DNA from: Bacteroidaceae bacterium
GTDB lineage: Bacteria; Bacteroidota; Bacteroidia; Bacteroidales; Bacteroidaceae
Direction: 5' to 3'
Length of the DNA stretch: 64,000 bases
Assembly: GCA_017503645.1 (NCBI GenBank)
Contig: JAFVSR010000062.1
Location: 1,415-65,414, forward strand
Part shown: piece by piece, positions 1-10,184 of the stretch
How the letters are laid out: each line of letters starts with the position of its first letter
Position numbering within the stretch: the first letter of the stretch is position 1
Program-made: the position numbers and the translations under genes
Notes under the pieces: generated by a model
Told to the model about the DNA's origin: nothing
What the model saw: only the letters and a program-made list of their open reading frames with translations
Database searches by the model: none

Positions 1-1961
1 CCTGGTTCTACATCATTGCAGGAGCAGTGCTTATATTTTTCACACTATTCGGCGGCGAAACAACCTCGCTGCAGAAGGAGGTTATATACTCCGAGCTTAA
101 GTCCTATGTGGAAAAAGGCTACGTTTCGAGCATTACCGTTTACGACAATAACGACGTTGAGGCAATACTCTACCCCGACTCGGCCAAATATGTATTCCCC
201 GGCAAGGTGGATAAGATAGGCGAAGAGCCTATGGTATTTCTGCAGATTGGTTCAAAGGAGAATTTCGAAAAATTCATTGAGGAACAGGAGGCTGAGGGTA
301 AATACCAAGGCTCGCTTAAGTATGAGAAAAAGCCCGACTACTGGGGAGGCATCCTATGGAATGTACTGCCAATAGTGGTGTTTGTGGGTATATGGATATT
401 CCTTATGCGACGTATGGGTGGCGGTGGCGCGCAAGGCGGTGTGTTCAACGTGGGCAAATCGCAAGCCAAGCTGTTTGAGAAGAGCGACAGCAACCGCATA
501 ACATTCAAGGATGTTGCAGGCCAGGAGGGTGCCAAGCAGGAGGTTAAGGAGATAGTGGATTTTCTGAAGAACCCCGGACGCTACACCGAACTTGGCGGAA
601 AAATACCCAAAGGTGCCCTGCTTGTAGGCCCCCCGGGAACGGGAAAGACATTGCTGGCTAAGGCCGTGGCAGGCGAAGCCAACGTGCCATTCTTCTCGCT
701 GTCGGGTTCCGACTTTGTGGAGATGTTCGTGGGTGTGGGAGCATCGCGCGTGCGCGACCTCTTCCGCCAAGCCAAAGAGAAGGCACCCTGCATCATATTC
801 ATAGACGAGATTGACGCCGTGGGCCGCGCCCGTGGCAAGAACCCCTCTATGGGTGGCAACGACGAGCGGGAGAGCACGCTGAACCAGTTGCTCACAGAGA
901 TGGATGGTTTTGGCACCAACAGCGGAATAATCGTTATGGCAGCCACCAACCGTGCCGATATTCTTGACAAGGCGCTGCTGCGTGCGGGCCGTTTCGACCG
1001 CCAGATTCACGTAGACCTGCCCGACCTCAACGAGCGCAAAGCCATCTTCGGCGTTCATCTGCGCCCGCTGAAGCTCGACCCATCGGTAGATGTGGACACA
1101 CTCGCTCGCCAGACACCCGGTTTCTCGGGTGCCGACATTGCCAACGTGTGCAACGAAGCCGCCCTTATAGCGGCACGTAACAGCAAACGCGCAGTGGAGA
1201 AACAGGATTTCCTCGATGCCGTGGATAGAATCATAGGAGGTTTGGAGAAAAAGACCAAGGTGATGACCGAAGGAGAGAAACGCACCATTGCCATACACGA
1301 GGCCGGGCACGCCACCTTGTCGTGGTTCCTTGAACACGCCAACCCGCTTATAAAGGTAACCATTGTACCTCGTGGGCGCGCACTTGGCGCAGCCTGGTAT
1401 ATGCCCGAGGAGCGACAGATAACCACCAAAGAGCAGATGCTCGACGAAATGTGTGCCATACTTGGCGGCCGTGCTGCCGAGGAACTGTTTACCGGACACA
1501 TATCCACAGGTGCAATGAACGACTTAGAGCGCGTGACAAAGCAAGCCTATGGAATGATTGCATATGCCGGTATGAGCGACAAACTTGCCAACCTGTGCTA
1601 CTACAACAACGAGCAATATTCATTTAACCGCCCATACAGCGAGCGCACTGCCGAGCTCATAGACAACGAGGTACAGGCTATGATAAACAGCCAGTACGAA
1701 CGTGCAAAGCAACTGCTCACCGAGCACAAGGAGGGGCACGCGCAGCTTGCCAAGGTGCTTATGGAACGCGAGGTTATATTTGCCGAGGATGTGGAGAAGA
1801 TTTTCGGTAAGCGCCCCTGGGCTTCGCGCAGCGAGGAGATTATCGATAATAACGACATTGAAGATGTAACCGAGGTGGTTGAAGAGAATATTGCCGAAGC
1901 CGCCTCAACTGCCGACAATGCAAACAACAACACAACCGAAAAAACCAATAACACAAAATAA
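1..1961 (+). CDS. ftsH: ATP-dependent zinc metalloprotease FtsH (5' end lies upstream of the window)
   Basis: In-frame coding extends back to position 3 (WFYIIAGAV.. TM helix), so the start is off-window. Walker A GPPGTGKT, Walker [33 protein letters not shown], Zn site HEAGH. Confidence 0.95.
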   Translation, partial: WFYIIAGAVLIFFTLFGGETTSLQKEVIYSELKSYVEKGYVSSITVYDNNDVEAILYPDSAKYVFPGKVDKIGEEPMVFLQIGSKENFEKFIEEQEAEGKYQGSLKYEKKPDYWGGILWNVLPIVVFVGIWIFLMRRMGGGGAQGGVFNVGKSQAKLFEKSDSNRITFKDVAGQEGAKQEVKEIVDFLKNPGRYTELGGKIPKGALLVGPPGTGKTLLAKAVAGEANVPFFSLSGSDFVEMFVGVGASRVRDLFRQAKEKAPCIIFIDEIDAVGRARGKNPSMGGNDERESTLNQLLTEMDGFGTNSGIIVMAATNRADILDKALLRAGRFDRQIHVDLPDLNERKAIFGVHLRPLKLDPSVDVDTLARQTPGFSGADIANVCNEAALIAARNSKRAVEKQDFLDAVDRIIGGLEKKTKVMTEGEKRTIAIHEAGHATLSWFLEHANPLIKVTIVPRGRALGAAWYMPEERQITTKEQMLDEMCAILGGRAAEELFTGHISTGAMNDLERVTKQAYGMIAYAGMSDKLANLCYYNNEQYSFNRPYSERTAELIDNEVQAMINSQYERAKQLLTEHKEGHAQLAKVLMEREVIFAEDVEKIFGKRPWASRSEEIIDNNDIEDVTEVVEENIAEAASTADNANNNTTEKTNNTK

Positions 1962-1962
1962 A

Positions 1963-2796
1963 ATGAATAAACTACTTGTACGCATTCTCACGGGTGCCGC
2001 ATTCGGCATTGTTCTGCTGGGTGCAATTCTTTACGGGCACACCTCGTTCGGTGCATTGTTCACCATTGTCGCTATGCTTGCTGTGAACGAGTTCAGCAAC
2101 CTCATACACGAGCATAAGAAAACCACGTTCAGCACATTGATTGCGGTTATAGGTGGAGGCTACCTCTTTTTTGCCTTCTATGCAAAAGCTCATTTAGGAG
2201 TGACCGACACCACCCTGCTCTTTGCGCCCTATGCATTGCTTATGGTATATATGTTCATTCGCAGGCTGTTCTGCACCGAGGGCAGTTCGCTCGACAATTA
2301 CGCCTATTTTGCCCTCACCCAGATATACGCCGCACTACCCTTTGCCCTGCTTAACATTTTATCGACAGTGGGAGCTTCGAGCGGCACATACAATTACGCT
2401 CTGCCGCTTGCCATATTCGTGTTCATCTGGTGCAACGACACCGGTGCATTCTTTGTGGGCTGTTCGATAGGCCGCCACAAGATGTGGGAGCGCGTATCGC
2501 CCAAAAAGACCTGGGAAGGCACCATCGGTGGTTTTGTGGTTGCTATGATTGCGGGATATGTGATGTCGCTCTTCTTCACACAGCTCAATGCTTGGCAGTG
2601 GATGGGAATGGCCGCCGTTGTGGCTGTTGCCGGAACATACGGCGACCTCATAGAGTCTTGTATGAAGCGCGAAATGGGAATCAAGGATTCAGGCAACATA
2701 CTGCCCGGACACGGCGGCATACTCGACCGCTTCGACAGCACACTGCTTGCCGCACCCTGCGCAATGATTTATTTGAGCCTTATCGGTGTTTTGTAA
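1963..2796 (+). CDS. cdsA: Phosphatidate cytidylyltransferase (CDP-diglyceride synthase)
   Basis: ATG at 1963 lies right after the ftsH stop; the ORF-track start at 1879 overlaps ftsH. Multi-TM protein with signature SCMKREMGIKDSGNILPGHGGILDRFDS. Confidence 0.9.
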   Translation: MNKLLVRILTGAAFGIVLLGAILYGHTSFGALFTIVAMLAVNEFSNLIHEHKKTTFSTLIAVIGGGYLFFAFYAKAHLGVTDTTLLFAPYALLMVYMFIRRLFCTEGSSLDNYAYFALTQIYAALPFALLNILSTVGASSGTYNYALPLAIFVFIWCNDTGAFFVGCSIGRHKMWERVSPKKTWEGTIGGFVVAMIAGYVMSLFFTQLNAWQWMGMAAVVAVAGTYGDLIESCMKREMGIKDSGNILPGHGGILDRFDSTLLAAPCAMIYLSLIGVL

Positions 2797-2826
2797 AAAA
2801 ACAGACGACAATATAAACATACACAC

Positions 2827-2862
2827 AAAAAAAATGATGAGCCGCGGCTCATCATTTTTTTT
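2827..2862. terminator. Bidirectional intrinsic terminator between convergent cdsA and lpxB
   Basis: A-run, then ATGATGAGCCGCGGCTCATCAT (perfect palindrome), then T-run. Overlaps the lpxB stop codon. Confidence 0.6.
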
Positions 2863-3991
2863 GTGTCAATAGCTGCACCATCTTTTCGGCAGCGTGCTGC
2901 GATGCACCCGGTGCGCCAAGAATATCTATCATATGGTCGTAGCCTGAAAGCATCATTTGCCGCTCGGACGAATCGGGCGGCAGCAATTTGCCAAGCTCGC
3001 GGGTAATATTTTCCACCGTCATATCGGCAGCCACAAGCTCGCGCACCACCTCGCGGTCGGCAATAAGGTTCACCAGCGATATGTATTTCACCTTCAGGAA
3101 CAGGTGTTTGAGTTTTGACACAAGCCAAGCGGCAGGGGTGCTGTAGCACACCACCTGCGGCACGCGGAACAGCGCCGTTTCAAGGGTGGCGGTGCCCGAT
3201 GTAACCAACGCTGCGTGGGCGTGCTGCAACAAGCGGTAGGTATCGCCGAAAACAATGGCTGCACCCTGTTGCAGATAGGGGGCATAGAGCTCCTTGTCTA
3301 TACCCGGGGCACCCGCTATCACAGGCCGGTAATCGGGGTATTTTGCAATAGCCTCGAGCATCTGCGGCAGATTATCCTTAATCTCGTGCTTGCGACTGCC
3401 GGCCAATAGCGCCACTATGGGTTTATCGCCCAAGCCGTTGGCGGCACGGAAGGCGGAATCATCGCGCTTGTTCACACGCAAATAGGCATCAACGGCATCA
3501 ACGCAGGGATTACCTATGTAGTTTATCTCGTAATTGTGCTTTTTGAAATACCCAACCTCGAATGGGAGAATTGAGAACATTGCATCCACATCGCGCTTTA
3601 TGTTTTTTATTCTACCCTCGCGCGAAGCCCATATTTTGGGAGCTATATAGTAATAGACGGGGATGGATGTGGTCTTGTGAATATCGCGTGCTATGGAGAG
3701 ATTAAAGCCAGGGTAATCTACAAGAATAAGCGCATCGGGCTGCCACTCCTTGATATCCTTTTTGCACATTGCCATATTGGCAAATATCGTGCGCAGGTTC
3801 ATAAGCACGGGAATAACCCCCATAAAAGCACAATCGCGGTAGTGCTTTACGCAGGTGCCACCCACTTGCGACATAAGGTCGCCACCGAAGAAACGGAAAT
3901 CGGCCTCTTTGTCGGCAGCCTTAAGAGCTTTCATCAGATTGGAGGCGTGCAGGTCGCCCGATGCCTCTCCCACTATAAGATAATATTTCAT
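2852..3991 (-). CDS. lpxB: Lipid-A-disaccharide synthase
   Basis: 379 aa. N-terminus YLIVGEASGDLHASNLMKAL is typical of LpxB (GT19). Conserved pairing with surE. Confidence 0.9.
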   Translation of the reverse strand: MKYYLIVGEASGDLHASNLMKALKAADKEADFRFFGGDLMSQVGGTCVKHYRDCAFMGVIPVLMNLRTIFANMAMCKKDIKEWQPDALILVDYPGFNLSIARDIHKTTSIPVYYYIAPKIWASREGRIKNIKRDVDAMFSILPFEVGYFKKHNYEINYIGNPCVDAVDAYLRVNKRDDSAFRAANGLGDKPIVALLAGSRKHEIKDNLPQMLEAIAKYPDYRPVIAGAPGIDKELYAPYLQQGAAIVFGDTYRLLQHAHAALVTSGTATLETALFRVPQVVCYSTPAAWLVSKLKHLFLKVKYISLVNLIADREVVRELVAADMTVENITRELGKLLPPDSSERQMMLSGYDHMIDILGAPGASQHAAEKMVQLLTQKK

Positions 3992-3996
3992 AAGCC

Positions 3997-4779
3997 TTAC
4001 TTTTCAATCGGTTTGAAGATATCACCCCACCCCTGCATATCGGCAAGCAGGGCGTAATCGGTGAAATCTATTTTTGTGGGAGTGATGGCCACAAAATTGT
4101 TATCGAGTGCCACCCTGTCGGCAGCCTCATCGGTGTCGTGTTTCTCGAACTCACCTGTGAGCCACCACCATTTACCGCCACGCGGATGATTGTGAGCCTC
4201 CCACTCGTTCACCCAACAGCCCACAGCCTGGCGGCATACCTTAACGCCCGCATACGAGGGGGAGTCGGGGAAATTCACATTCAGGCAACTGCCCACGGGA
4301 AGCCCGCGCTGCAACACCTCGCCAACTATGCGGCGTATGTATGGGTATGTGGGTGTGAAATCGGCATCGGCATCGTGCGAGCAGAGCGAAAAGGCTACCG
4401 AAGGAATCCCCTTCATACAACCCTCTATCACCGCACCCATAGTACCCGAATAGTGAGCATTAACAGCCGAGTTGTCGCCGTGGTTTATACCGGCCACAAT
4501 GAGCGAAGGAGTGCTGGGCACATATGCGTGGCAGCCGAGCTTTATACAGTCGCACGGGGTACCGGTACAGGCATACACAACCAAGCCCTCTTCGGCTTTA
4601 ACCTCCCAGACCTTAAGAGGTGTTTCACTTGTTACGGCACACCCATTGCCCGAACGCCCCGTGTGAGGAGCCACCACCACAACATCACCAAATTCCCTTA
4701 ACACCTGCACAAGGCAGTTTATACCTTTTGCAAGGTAACCATCATCATTCGAAACTAAAATAAGAGGTTTTTCATTCAT
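3997..4779 (-). CDS. surE: 5'/3'-nucleotidase SurE
   Basis: 260 aa. ILVSNDDG N-terminal motif, GINHGDN, SGTMGAV. Confidence 0.92.
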   Translation of the reverse strand: MNEKPLILVSNDDGYLAKGINCLVQVLREFGDVVVVAPHTGRSGNGCAVTSETPLKVWEVKAEEGLVVYACTGTPCDCIKLGCHAYVPSTPSLIVAGINHGDNSAVNAHYSGTMGAVIEGCMKGIPSVAFSLCSHDADADFTPTYPYIRRIVGEVLQRGLPVGSCLNVNFPDSPSYAGVKVCRQAVGCWVNEWEAHNHPRGGKWWWLTGEFEKHDTDEAADRVALDNNFVAITPTKIDFTDYALLADMQGWGDIFKPIEK

Positions 4780-4803
4780 AGTACCATAGTATTTTTACGG
4801 GTG

Positions 4804-4811
4804 CGAAGATA
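4804..4811 (-). promoter_or_regulatory. Putative -7 promoter box for surE (TATCTTCG)
   Basis: Minus-strand TATCTTCG, a one-mismatch variant of the Bacteroidota TAnnTTTG element, 24 nt upstream of the surE ATG. The same octamer recurs at 4 other gene starts. Confidence 0.4.
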
Positions 4812-4894
4812 CTGAAAAAAGCAACAAAAAACAAAGCGGAAGATACTAAAGCACATCTGCAAAAAAGGAACCGAAAGCCCCAATATCCATTTGC

Positions 4895-5070
4895 AACATT
4901 TTTTAACACATTTTATTACCACCTGTTTATAACTAAACGACAAATACAGAAAAGCAATCTTTTTTTTTCGTATCTTCGCAAAATAAATTGGGTATAAAAG
5001 ATGTTGTCGGGAAAAACCGCACGGAAGCCGACACACAGATTACCAATAGTTTAACACTTGAGAGCGAAGA
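4895..5070 (+). repeat. Copy 1 of a ~175-bp direct repeat (promoter plus leader), upstream of the 1008-aa gene
   Basis: Aligns by eye with 8342-8519; the core 4921-5046 vs 8368-8493 is nearly identical. Shared string: ..ACCTGTTTATAACTAAACG..AGCAATCTTTTTTTTTCGTATCTTCGCAAAATAAATTGGGTATAAAAGATGTTGTCG..CCGACACACAGATTACCAA. Confidence 0.8.
4971..4978 (+). promoter_or_regulatory. Putative -7 promoter box (TATCTTCG) inside repeat copy 1
   Basis: T-run followed by TATCTTCGCA, 116 nt upstream of the ATG at 5095. Confidence 0.45.
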
Positions 5071-5094
5071 ATATAATAGGGAAATAAGATACAT

Positions 5095-8000
5095 ATGAAG
5101 AATGGAGCAATCATCTTTTGTTTTACTATATTAACAAACTTATGTTTGCACTCTCAAACCCCCACTGACAGCGCCGCATTGCGTGCGCTGTCAGTAGGGT
5201 ATATAATGCCACAGGAAAGAGTCTACCTGCATTTTGATAATAATGCGTATTTCTTAGGAGAAACCATTTGGTTTAAAGCCTTTGTAACAAGCCACGATGT
5301 TGACCGCCCCACCACTGTGAGCAAGGTGCTGTATGTGGAGTTGCTTGCACCCGAAGGGTATGTGGTGAAAACGGAGAAATATAAAATTGGGGCAGACGGC
5401 ACCTGCCACGGGGAGTTCTTTATGGACACTGCCTATTTGTCGGGGTTCTATGAAATACGTGCATACACACGATATATGCTGAACTGGGGAGAGCACGCTG
5501 TGTTCAGCAGGGTGTTTCCGGTTTACGACAAAGTGAACAACGGCGATTGGAGTTTTCGCAATATATACGACAGGAAACGCAGTTTCAGAACCGAAGACGA
5601 CTGGATTAACAACGAACTACCCGATTGTGATTTGAAGTTCTATCCCGAGGGTGGTCATCTTGTATGTGGCTTAGAGAGCCGTGTGGCCTTTGAACTAAAG
5701 GGCGTTGATGGTATTGAGGGAGAGACTGAGATAACCATTCTTGCCAACGGTAATCCTATTATAAAAGTTTCTCCGGTGCATTTGGGAAAGGGTTCCTTTA
5801 TACTCACACCACAGCCGGAGACTGAATACACGGCCACAACAGTTGCCAAAGACAAGAAAGGAAATGACAGAAAATATGAGTTTCCGCTACCGACTGTTGA
5901 GAAAGAGGGTGTGGTGGTATCGGTGAGTGAGATACAGGATAGTATTCAAATTTCCTTGAAACATAATTATCACAACGATTCTGTGCTTGGGTGTGTTATT
6001 ATGCACCGAAGCAGTTTGGGGTTCTACAAAAGAATTACAAATAGTTCCTCTCTCTTTTCTATTGCAAAGAGTGCGATACCCGAGGGGGTGAGCCGCGTTG
6101 TTATATTCAGAAGTCGTATACCACTTGCCGAACGCCTCTTTTTTGTACTACATAATGAACCACAAACAGGAGACCATAAAATAGTGAAACTCAATGCTAC
6201 GGCAAATGGGATACCTATAGAAAATTTTACTCCCTGTTCCTACGAAAAGATTACAATAACAATGGAACGTGACGACGGCAAGGAGATTGAGGATGTCACG
6301 GATTTTGCAGTTTCGGTAACCGACAATGCCGGGCATATACATACATCGTGGGGGTATAATATGTATAGTTACCTGCTCCTTGGTTCCGAAATAAAAGGTT
6401 ATATTCCCAACGCAAAGCAATATTTTGACATTGGAAACAGAGAACGCGATATGCAACTCGACCTTGTTATGCTCACCAATGGTTGGACAGCATATGACTG
6501 GAGCAAGCTCACAAGCACCGACCTCACAAGAATCGTGGAGCCGGAAAAGGGGTTGCGTCTTAGAGGACAATTGTACAAACGATTGGTAAGCAATAAATTC
6601 GGTGAGAAAGGAAAGGTTACCATTGTGCCCTGCAAAAGATTGTCTGTAACATTAAGTGTACCCACGGATGGTAAAATTAAAGCATACAGGTTTAAGACCG
6701 ATAAAGACGGGTGCTTTGACCTTGCATTGGAAGATTTTTATGGGAAAAAGGTGGTGGCACTCACACCCAAGTCGCGCATTATAGAGACAAGAGGTTCAAA
6801 GGCTGCATTTTCACTCGACCGTTATTTTTCTCCAACCCCACGTCTGCTATCGTATTGGGAACTCAATACCGGCTCACCCATTATAAATATGAATGAGCAA
6901 GAGGAAGATAGCTTAGTGAGAAGGTTAGACAACTTGGAATATGAACTATCGGCCGTGAACATTACAAGCAAACGTAATAAGGACAGATTCAAAAGAGCAC
7001 CCATAAGCGAACTGCGACTCAATTATATGGATGAGTGGGAGTATGCACTCGATGTCACATACAAATATGGGGTATATGATTTTGCAAGGAAAGAGAGAAC
7101 CTCAAAAGAAGATGCGACATCGGACAATGAACTTTTCGTTGAATTTCAAAGTGACTACAGCGATGATACCGAAAAGGTTTTTCGCTATAACAAAAAAGAT
7201 ACTTACTACAAGAACCTGCCCCAGGAATACGAGAAAGGGTATTATATTTTCAGAGATAACCTGCCACAATACTCCGGTTCACTCACAGTATCCAATGTGA
7301 TAACAAGTATTTTTGCACGCTACAGCCTACATTGGTGCTATTGGGTAATGCCTGCTGTTATAAAAGGAGAATATAAAAAGGACTCGATACCCCAGATAGA
7401 TAAAGAGTACTTGAAAGGGGTGGATGTAAAGAAGATGACTAATTTCAGCGAGATTATAATAAGCAGCGATGAAAGATATTGCAACAGCATCACCGGTGGC
7501 GAAGGATTTTGGAACAGCAAAAAAGAGGAGAGGATTATAAGTGGAGAATTATCTTGTACAACCAACCCCTTTACACAACGGTCGCAACTCGTATATTCGG
7601 CAGCTTTCCAACCCACACTTGTTAAACTCGGACCGTTTTGGAACAAACATCCCTACTCTTTTTTCTACGATGGTTTTTATACAATGAAGAGGATTCACCC
7701 CACCAAAAACGAGATAAAAAGCGAAAGCGGCAATTTAATGGAACACAACAGAAACGATGTGGGGCAAGAGATGCAAACTTACAAATTGAAAGAACGCCTT
7801 AAACATCCCAACTATGTAGCCTATCTCGTACCGGCCCAAAATGACAGTACAAATACGCTGATAAAGGTTGACTTAAGCGGTGAGGCGGGAAAGCGACGTT
7901 ATACCTCGTTTCAGGGATACACAGAAAGCAAACAATTCTACTCACCCGATTACAGCAAAGAGAAGCCCACGCTACCCGACTATAGACGCACACTGCTGTG

Positions 8001-8121
8001 GCACCCTGCGGTGAAAGTCGTTGATGGAAAGTTGCAGGTAGAGTTATACAACAGCAGTGAATGCAATGCTATAAAAGTTGAAGCATTAGGATATGAGAAT
8101 GGAGTGATGTATATGAAATAA
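5095..8121 (+). CDS. Large secreted hypothetical protein with MG2 / carboxypeptidase-regulatory-like N-terminal folds
   Basis: 1008-aa uninterrupted ORF. Signal-like N-terminus MKNGAIIFCFTILTNLCLHSQ. Motifs YLHFDNNAYFLGETIWFKAFV and FYPEGGHLVCGLESRVAFELKG resemble Bacteroidota MG2/CarbopepD_reg-type surface proteins. The function is unknown. Confidence 0.8.
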   Translation: MKNGAIIFCFTILTNLCLHSQTPTDSAALRALSVGYIMPQERVYLHFDNNAYFLGETIWFKAFVTSHDVDRPTTVSKVLYVELLAPEGYVVKTEKYKIGADGTCHGEFFMDTAYLSGFYEIRAYTRYMLNWGEHAVFSRVFPVYDKVNNGDWSFRNIYDRKRSFRTEDDWINNELPDCDLKFYPEGGHLVCGLESRVAFELKGVDGIEGETEITILANGNPIIKVSPVHLGKGSFILTPQPETEYTATTVAKDKKGNDRKYEFPLPTVEKEGVVVSVSEIQDSIQISLKHNYHNDSVLGCVIMHRSSLGFYKRITNSSSLFSIAKSAIPEGVSRVVIFRSRIPLAERLFFVLHNEPQTGDHKIVKLNATANGIPIENFTPCSYEKITITMERDDGKEIEDVTDFAVSVTDNAGHIHTSWGYNMYSYLLLGSEIKGYIPNAKQYFDIGNRERDMQLDLVMLTNGWTAYDWSKLTSTDLTRIVEPEKGLRLRGQLYKRLVSNKFGEKGKVTIVPCKRLSVTLSVPTDGKIKAYRFKTDKDGCFDLALEDFYGKKVVALTPKSRIIETRGSKAAFSLDRYFSPTPRLLSYWELNTGSPIINMNEQEEDSLVRRLDNLEYELSAVNITSKRNKDRFKRAPISELRLNYMDEWEYALDVTYKYGVYDFARKERTSKEDATSDNELFVEFQSDYSDDTEKVFRYNKKDTYYKNLPQEYEKGYYIFRDNLPQYSGSLTVSNVITSIFARYSLHWCYWVMPAVIKGEYKKDSIPQIDKEYLKGVDVKKMTNFSEIIISSDERYCNSITGGEGFWNSKKEERIISGELSCTTNPFTQRSQLVYSAAFQPTLVKLGPFWNKHPYSFFYDGFYTMKRIHPTKNEIKSESGNLMEHNRNDVGQEMQTYKLKERLKHPNYVAYLVPAQNDSTNTLIKVDLSGEAGKRRYTSFQGYTESKQFYSPDYSKEKPTLPDYRRTLLWHPAVKVVDGKLQVELYNSSECNAIKVEALGYENGVMYMK

Positions 8122-8341
8122 TAAAAAGAAGGTGCTTATATACCATATTACGCTAAATGCAAATTTGTCATCTCGACCATACCTCAATGAAAAAAATCAA
8201 AAGAGGTTTTCGATGAGCTATGCGAATAACGTATGTGAGAGTTCTATCATTTTGTAGCATTCTTTAGATTCCTCGTCGCTACGCTCCATCGAAATGACAG
8301 GTTCGCAATTTGAACGAGTTTATATCGAACTGACGTCAAAT

Positions 8342-8519
8342 AACATTTTTTAATGAAATTTCTTGCTACCTGTTTATAACTAAACGGCAAATGCTGAAAA
8401 GCAATCTTTTTTTTTCGTATCTTCGCAAAATAAATTGGGTATAAAAGATGTTGTCGTGAAAAACCGCAAAGGAGCCGACACACAGATTACCAACAGATTA
8501 ACTCTTGAAAGCAAAAAAG
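8342..8519 (+). repeat. Copy 2 of the ~175-bp direct repeat (native parA promoter plus leader)
   Basis: See copy 1; it ends just before the parA ATG at 8522. Confidence 0.8.
8418..8425 (+). promoter_or_regulatory. Putative -7 promoter box for parAB (TATCTTCG)
   Basis: T-run plus TATCTTCGCA, 96 nt upstream of the parA ATG. Confidence 0.5.
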
Positions 8520-8521
8520 AT

Positions 8522-9289
8522 ATGGGAAAGATAATAGCACTTGCCAACCAAAAAGGTGGTGTGGGCAAGACAACCACAGCAATAAACCTTGCAGCATCGC
8601 TCGCCACATACGAGAAAAAGGTGCTGGTAATAGACGCCGACCCGCAGGCCAATGCCTCATCGGGCCTCGGCATAGATATACGCGAGATTGAATGTTCCAT
8701 CTACGAGTGCCTTATAAACAAGGCCGCAATAACCGACGGCATACACAACACCTGTGTCGAGGGGCTCGACATAATACCCTCGCACATAGACCTTGTGGGT
8801 GCAGAGATTGAGATGCTCGATATGCCTAACCGCGAAAAGATTATGCGCGAGGCATTGGCACCCATAAAGGACAAATACGACTATATACTCATCGACTGCT
8901 CGCCCTCGCTGGGCCTCATCACGGTGAACTCGCTCACCGCGGCCGACTCGGTGATAATACCCGTGCAGTGCGAGTATTTTGCATTGGAGGGTATAAGCAA
9001 GCTGCTGAACACTATAAAAATCATAAAATCGAACCTCAATCCCTCGCTCGACATCGAAGGATTCCTGCTCACAATGTTCAATTCGCGCCTGCGCCTTAGC
9101 AACCAGGTGTACAACGAGGTGAAGAAGCACTTCCGCGAGCTTGTGTTCAACACCGTGATACAGCGCAACATACGACTGGGTGAGGCACCCAGTATGGGTA
9201 TCCCCGTAATAATGTACGATGCCGACTCCACCGGTGCGAAGAACTACCTTGCGCTTGCACAAGAGATAATTAACAGAAACAACGAATAA
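8522..9289 (+). CDS. parA: Chromosome partitioning ATPase ParA/Soj
   Basis: Start at MGKIIALANQKGGVGKTT (deviant Walker A). The ORF-track start at 8435 would translate the leader repeat. Confidence 0.93.
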   Translation: MGKIIALANQKGGVGKTTTAINLAASLATYEKKVLVIDADPQANASSGLGIDIREIECSIYECLINKAAITDGIHNTCVEGLDIIPSHIDLVGAEIEMLDMPNREKIMREALAPIKDKYDYILIDCSPSLGLITVNSLTAADSVIIPVQCEYFALEGISKLLNTIKIIKSNLNPSLDIEGFLLTMFNSRLRLSNQVYNEVKKHFRELVFNTVIQRNIRLGEAPSMGIPVIMYDADSTGAKNYLALAQEIINRNNE

Positions 9290-9292
9290 CCA

Positions 9293-10174
9293 ATGGCACC
9301 AAATAAAAAATTCACATTAGGCCGAGGGCTCGATGCTCTAATCTCCACCGAAACCGTACAGACTTCGGGCTCGCAATCCATTGGCGAGATTGAGATAAGC
9401 CAAATAGAGGCCAACCCCAACCAGCCACGTCGCGAATTCAGCGAGGAGGCACTGCAGGAGCTTGCCGACTCAATAAAGGAGCTTGGCATAATACAGCCCA
9501 TCACACTGCGCAAGATGGGCAAGGACAAGTACCAGATTATTGCCGGCGAGCGCCGTTTCCGCGCATCGCAGTTAGCGGGCAAGACCACCATCCCCGCATA
9601 TATTCTGAAAGCCGATGACGAGGACACTATGGAGATGGCCCTTATAGAGAACATCCAGCGTGAGGACCTCAACGCATTGGAGATAGCCCTTGCCTACCAA
9701 CAGCTCATTGAGCAGCACAACCTGTCGCAGGAGCAACTGAGCAAGCGTGTGGGCAAAGGACGTGCCACCATTGCAAACTTTCTGCGCCTTTTGCGCCTGC
9801 CCGCCACAATACAGGTGGCTCTTAAGGAGAAACGCATAGATATGGGGCACGCCCGCGCGTTGCTGTCGCTCGACAACCCTGCCGAGCAGATAAAACTGTT
9901 TCACGACATCGAGGCCAACAGCTATTCGGTGCGCGAGGTCGAGGATATTGTACGCAAGATGAAGGAGGGCGGCGAAGCGCCTGCGCCAAAAAAGGTGGCC
10001 GCCAAGCAGCCCCACCCCGAATTTCACCAACTGAAGAAACAACTTACACACTTTTTCCAGTCGCCCGTGCAGCTCACCTGCTCGGCCAAGGGAAGCGGCA
10101 AGATAAGCATCAAGTTCAAGAACGAGCAGGAGCTTGAAAGAATTATTGCCATATTTGACAAATTAAACAATTAA
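9293..10174 (+). CDS. parB: Chromosome partitioning protein ParB/Spo0J
   Basis: ParB box IIAGERRFRASQLAG. HTH region LSQEQLSKRVGKGRATIANFLRLLRL. Confidence 0.93.
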   Translation: MAPNKKFTLGRGLDALISTETVQTSGSQSIGEIEISQIEANPNQPRREFSEEALQELADSIKELGIIQPITLRKMGKDKYQIIAGERRFRASQLAGKTTIPAYILKADDEDTMEMALIENIQREDLNALEIALAYQQLIEQHNLSQEQLSKRVGKGRATIANFLRLLRLPATIQVALKEKRIDMGHARALLSLDNPAEQIKLFHDIEANSYSVREVEDIVRKMKEGGEAPAPKKVAAKQPHPEFHQLKKQLTHFFQSPVQLTCSAKGSGKISIKFKNEQELERIIAIFDKLNN

Positions 10175-10184
10175 CATAGTGAAA

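Noticed and set aside
354-1499. 381-aa ORF antisense to ftsH. Similar long antisense ORFs lie at 16106-16966, 17009-17836, 35374-36468, 55217-56059, 56063-57124 and 59754-60605.
   Set aside because: Each lies fully inside a gene with unambiguous family motifs on the opposite strand. Their translations are low-complexity (rich in H/V/A/G/C) with no motifs. They are shadow ORFs of GC-biased coding regions.
1879-1962. N-terminal extensions offered by the ORF track: cdsA 1879, parA 8435, DUF3822 20941, lipoprotein 27408, GHL10 36960, partner protein 39554, uvrA 44585, nuoK 58981.
   Set aside because: The extensions overlap the preceding gene or cover promoter/leader sequence, several use non-ATG codons, and they translate to non-protein-like sequence. 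Internal ATGs give canonical N-termini (signal peptides, Walker motifs).
8267-8300. GATTCCTCGTCGCTACGCTCCATCGAAATGACAG. The minus strand reads ..SFRWSVATRNL.., reminiscent of a short motif I recall seeing as spurious mini-ORFs in many bacterial genomes.
   Set aside because: There is a single copy in this window, no clear secondary structure, and my recollection of the family is vague. I cannot support it as a repeat element without a genome-wide search.
4895-8519. A transposon or IS element delimited by the two 175-bp repeats.
   Set aside because: The repeats are direct, not inverted. They correspond to a promoter/leader rather than IS termini. No transposase, integrase or short target-site duplication is visible.
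9897-9912. Possible parS site inside parB (TGTTTCACGACATCGA).
   Set aside because: Only the left half (TGTTTCACG) matches the TGTTTCACGTGAAACA palindrome; the right half does not. I saw no full parS in the window.
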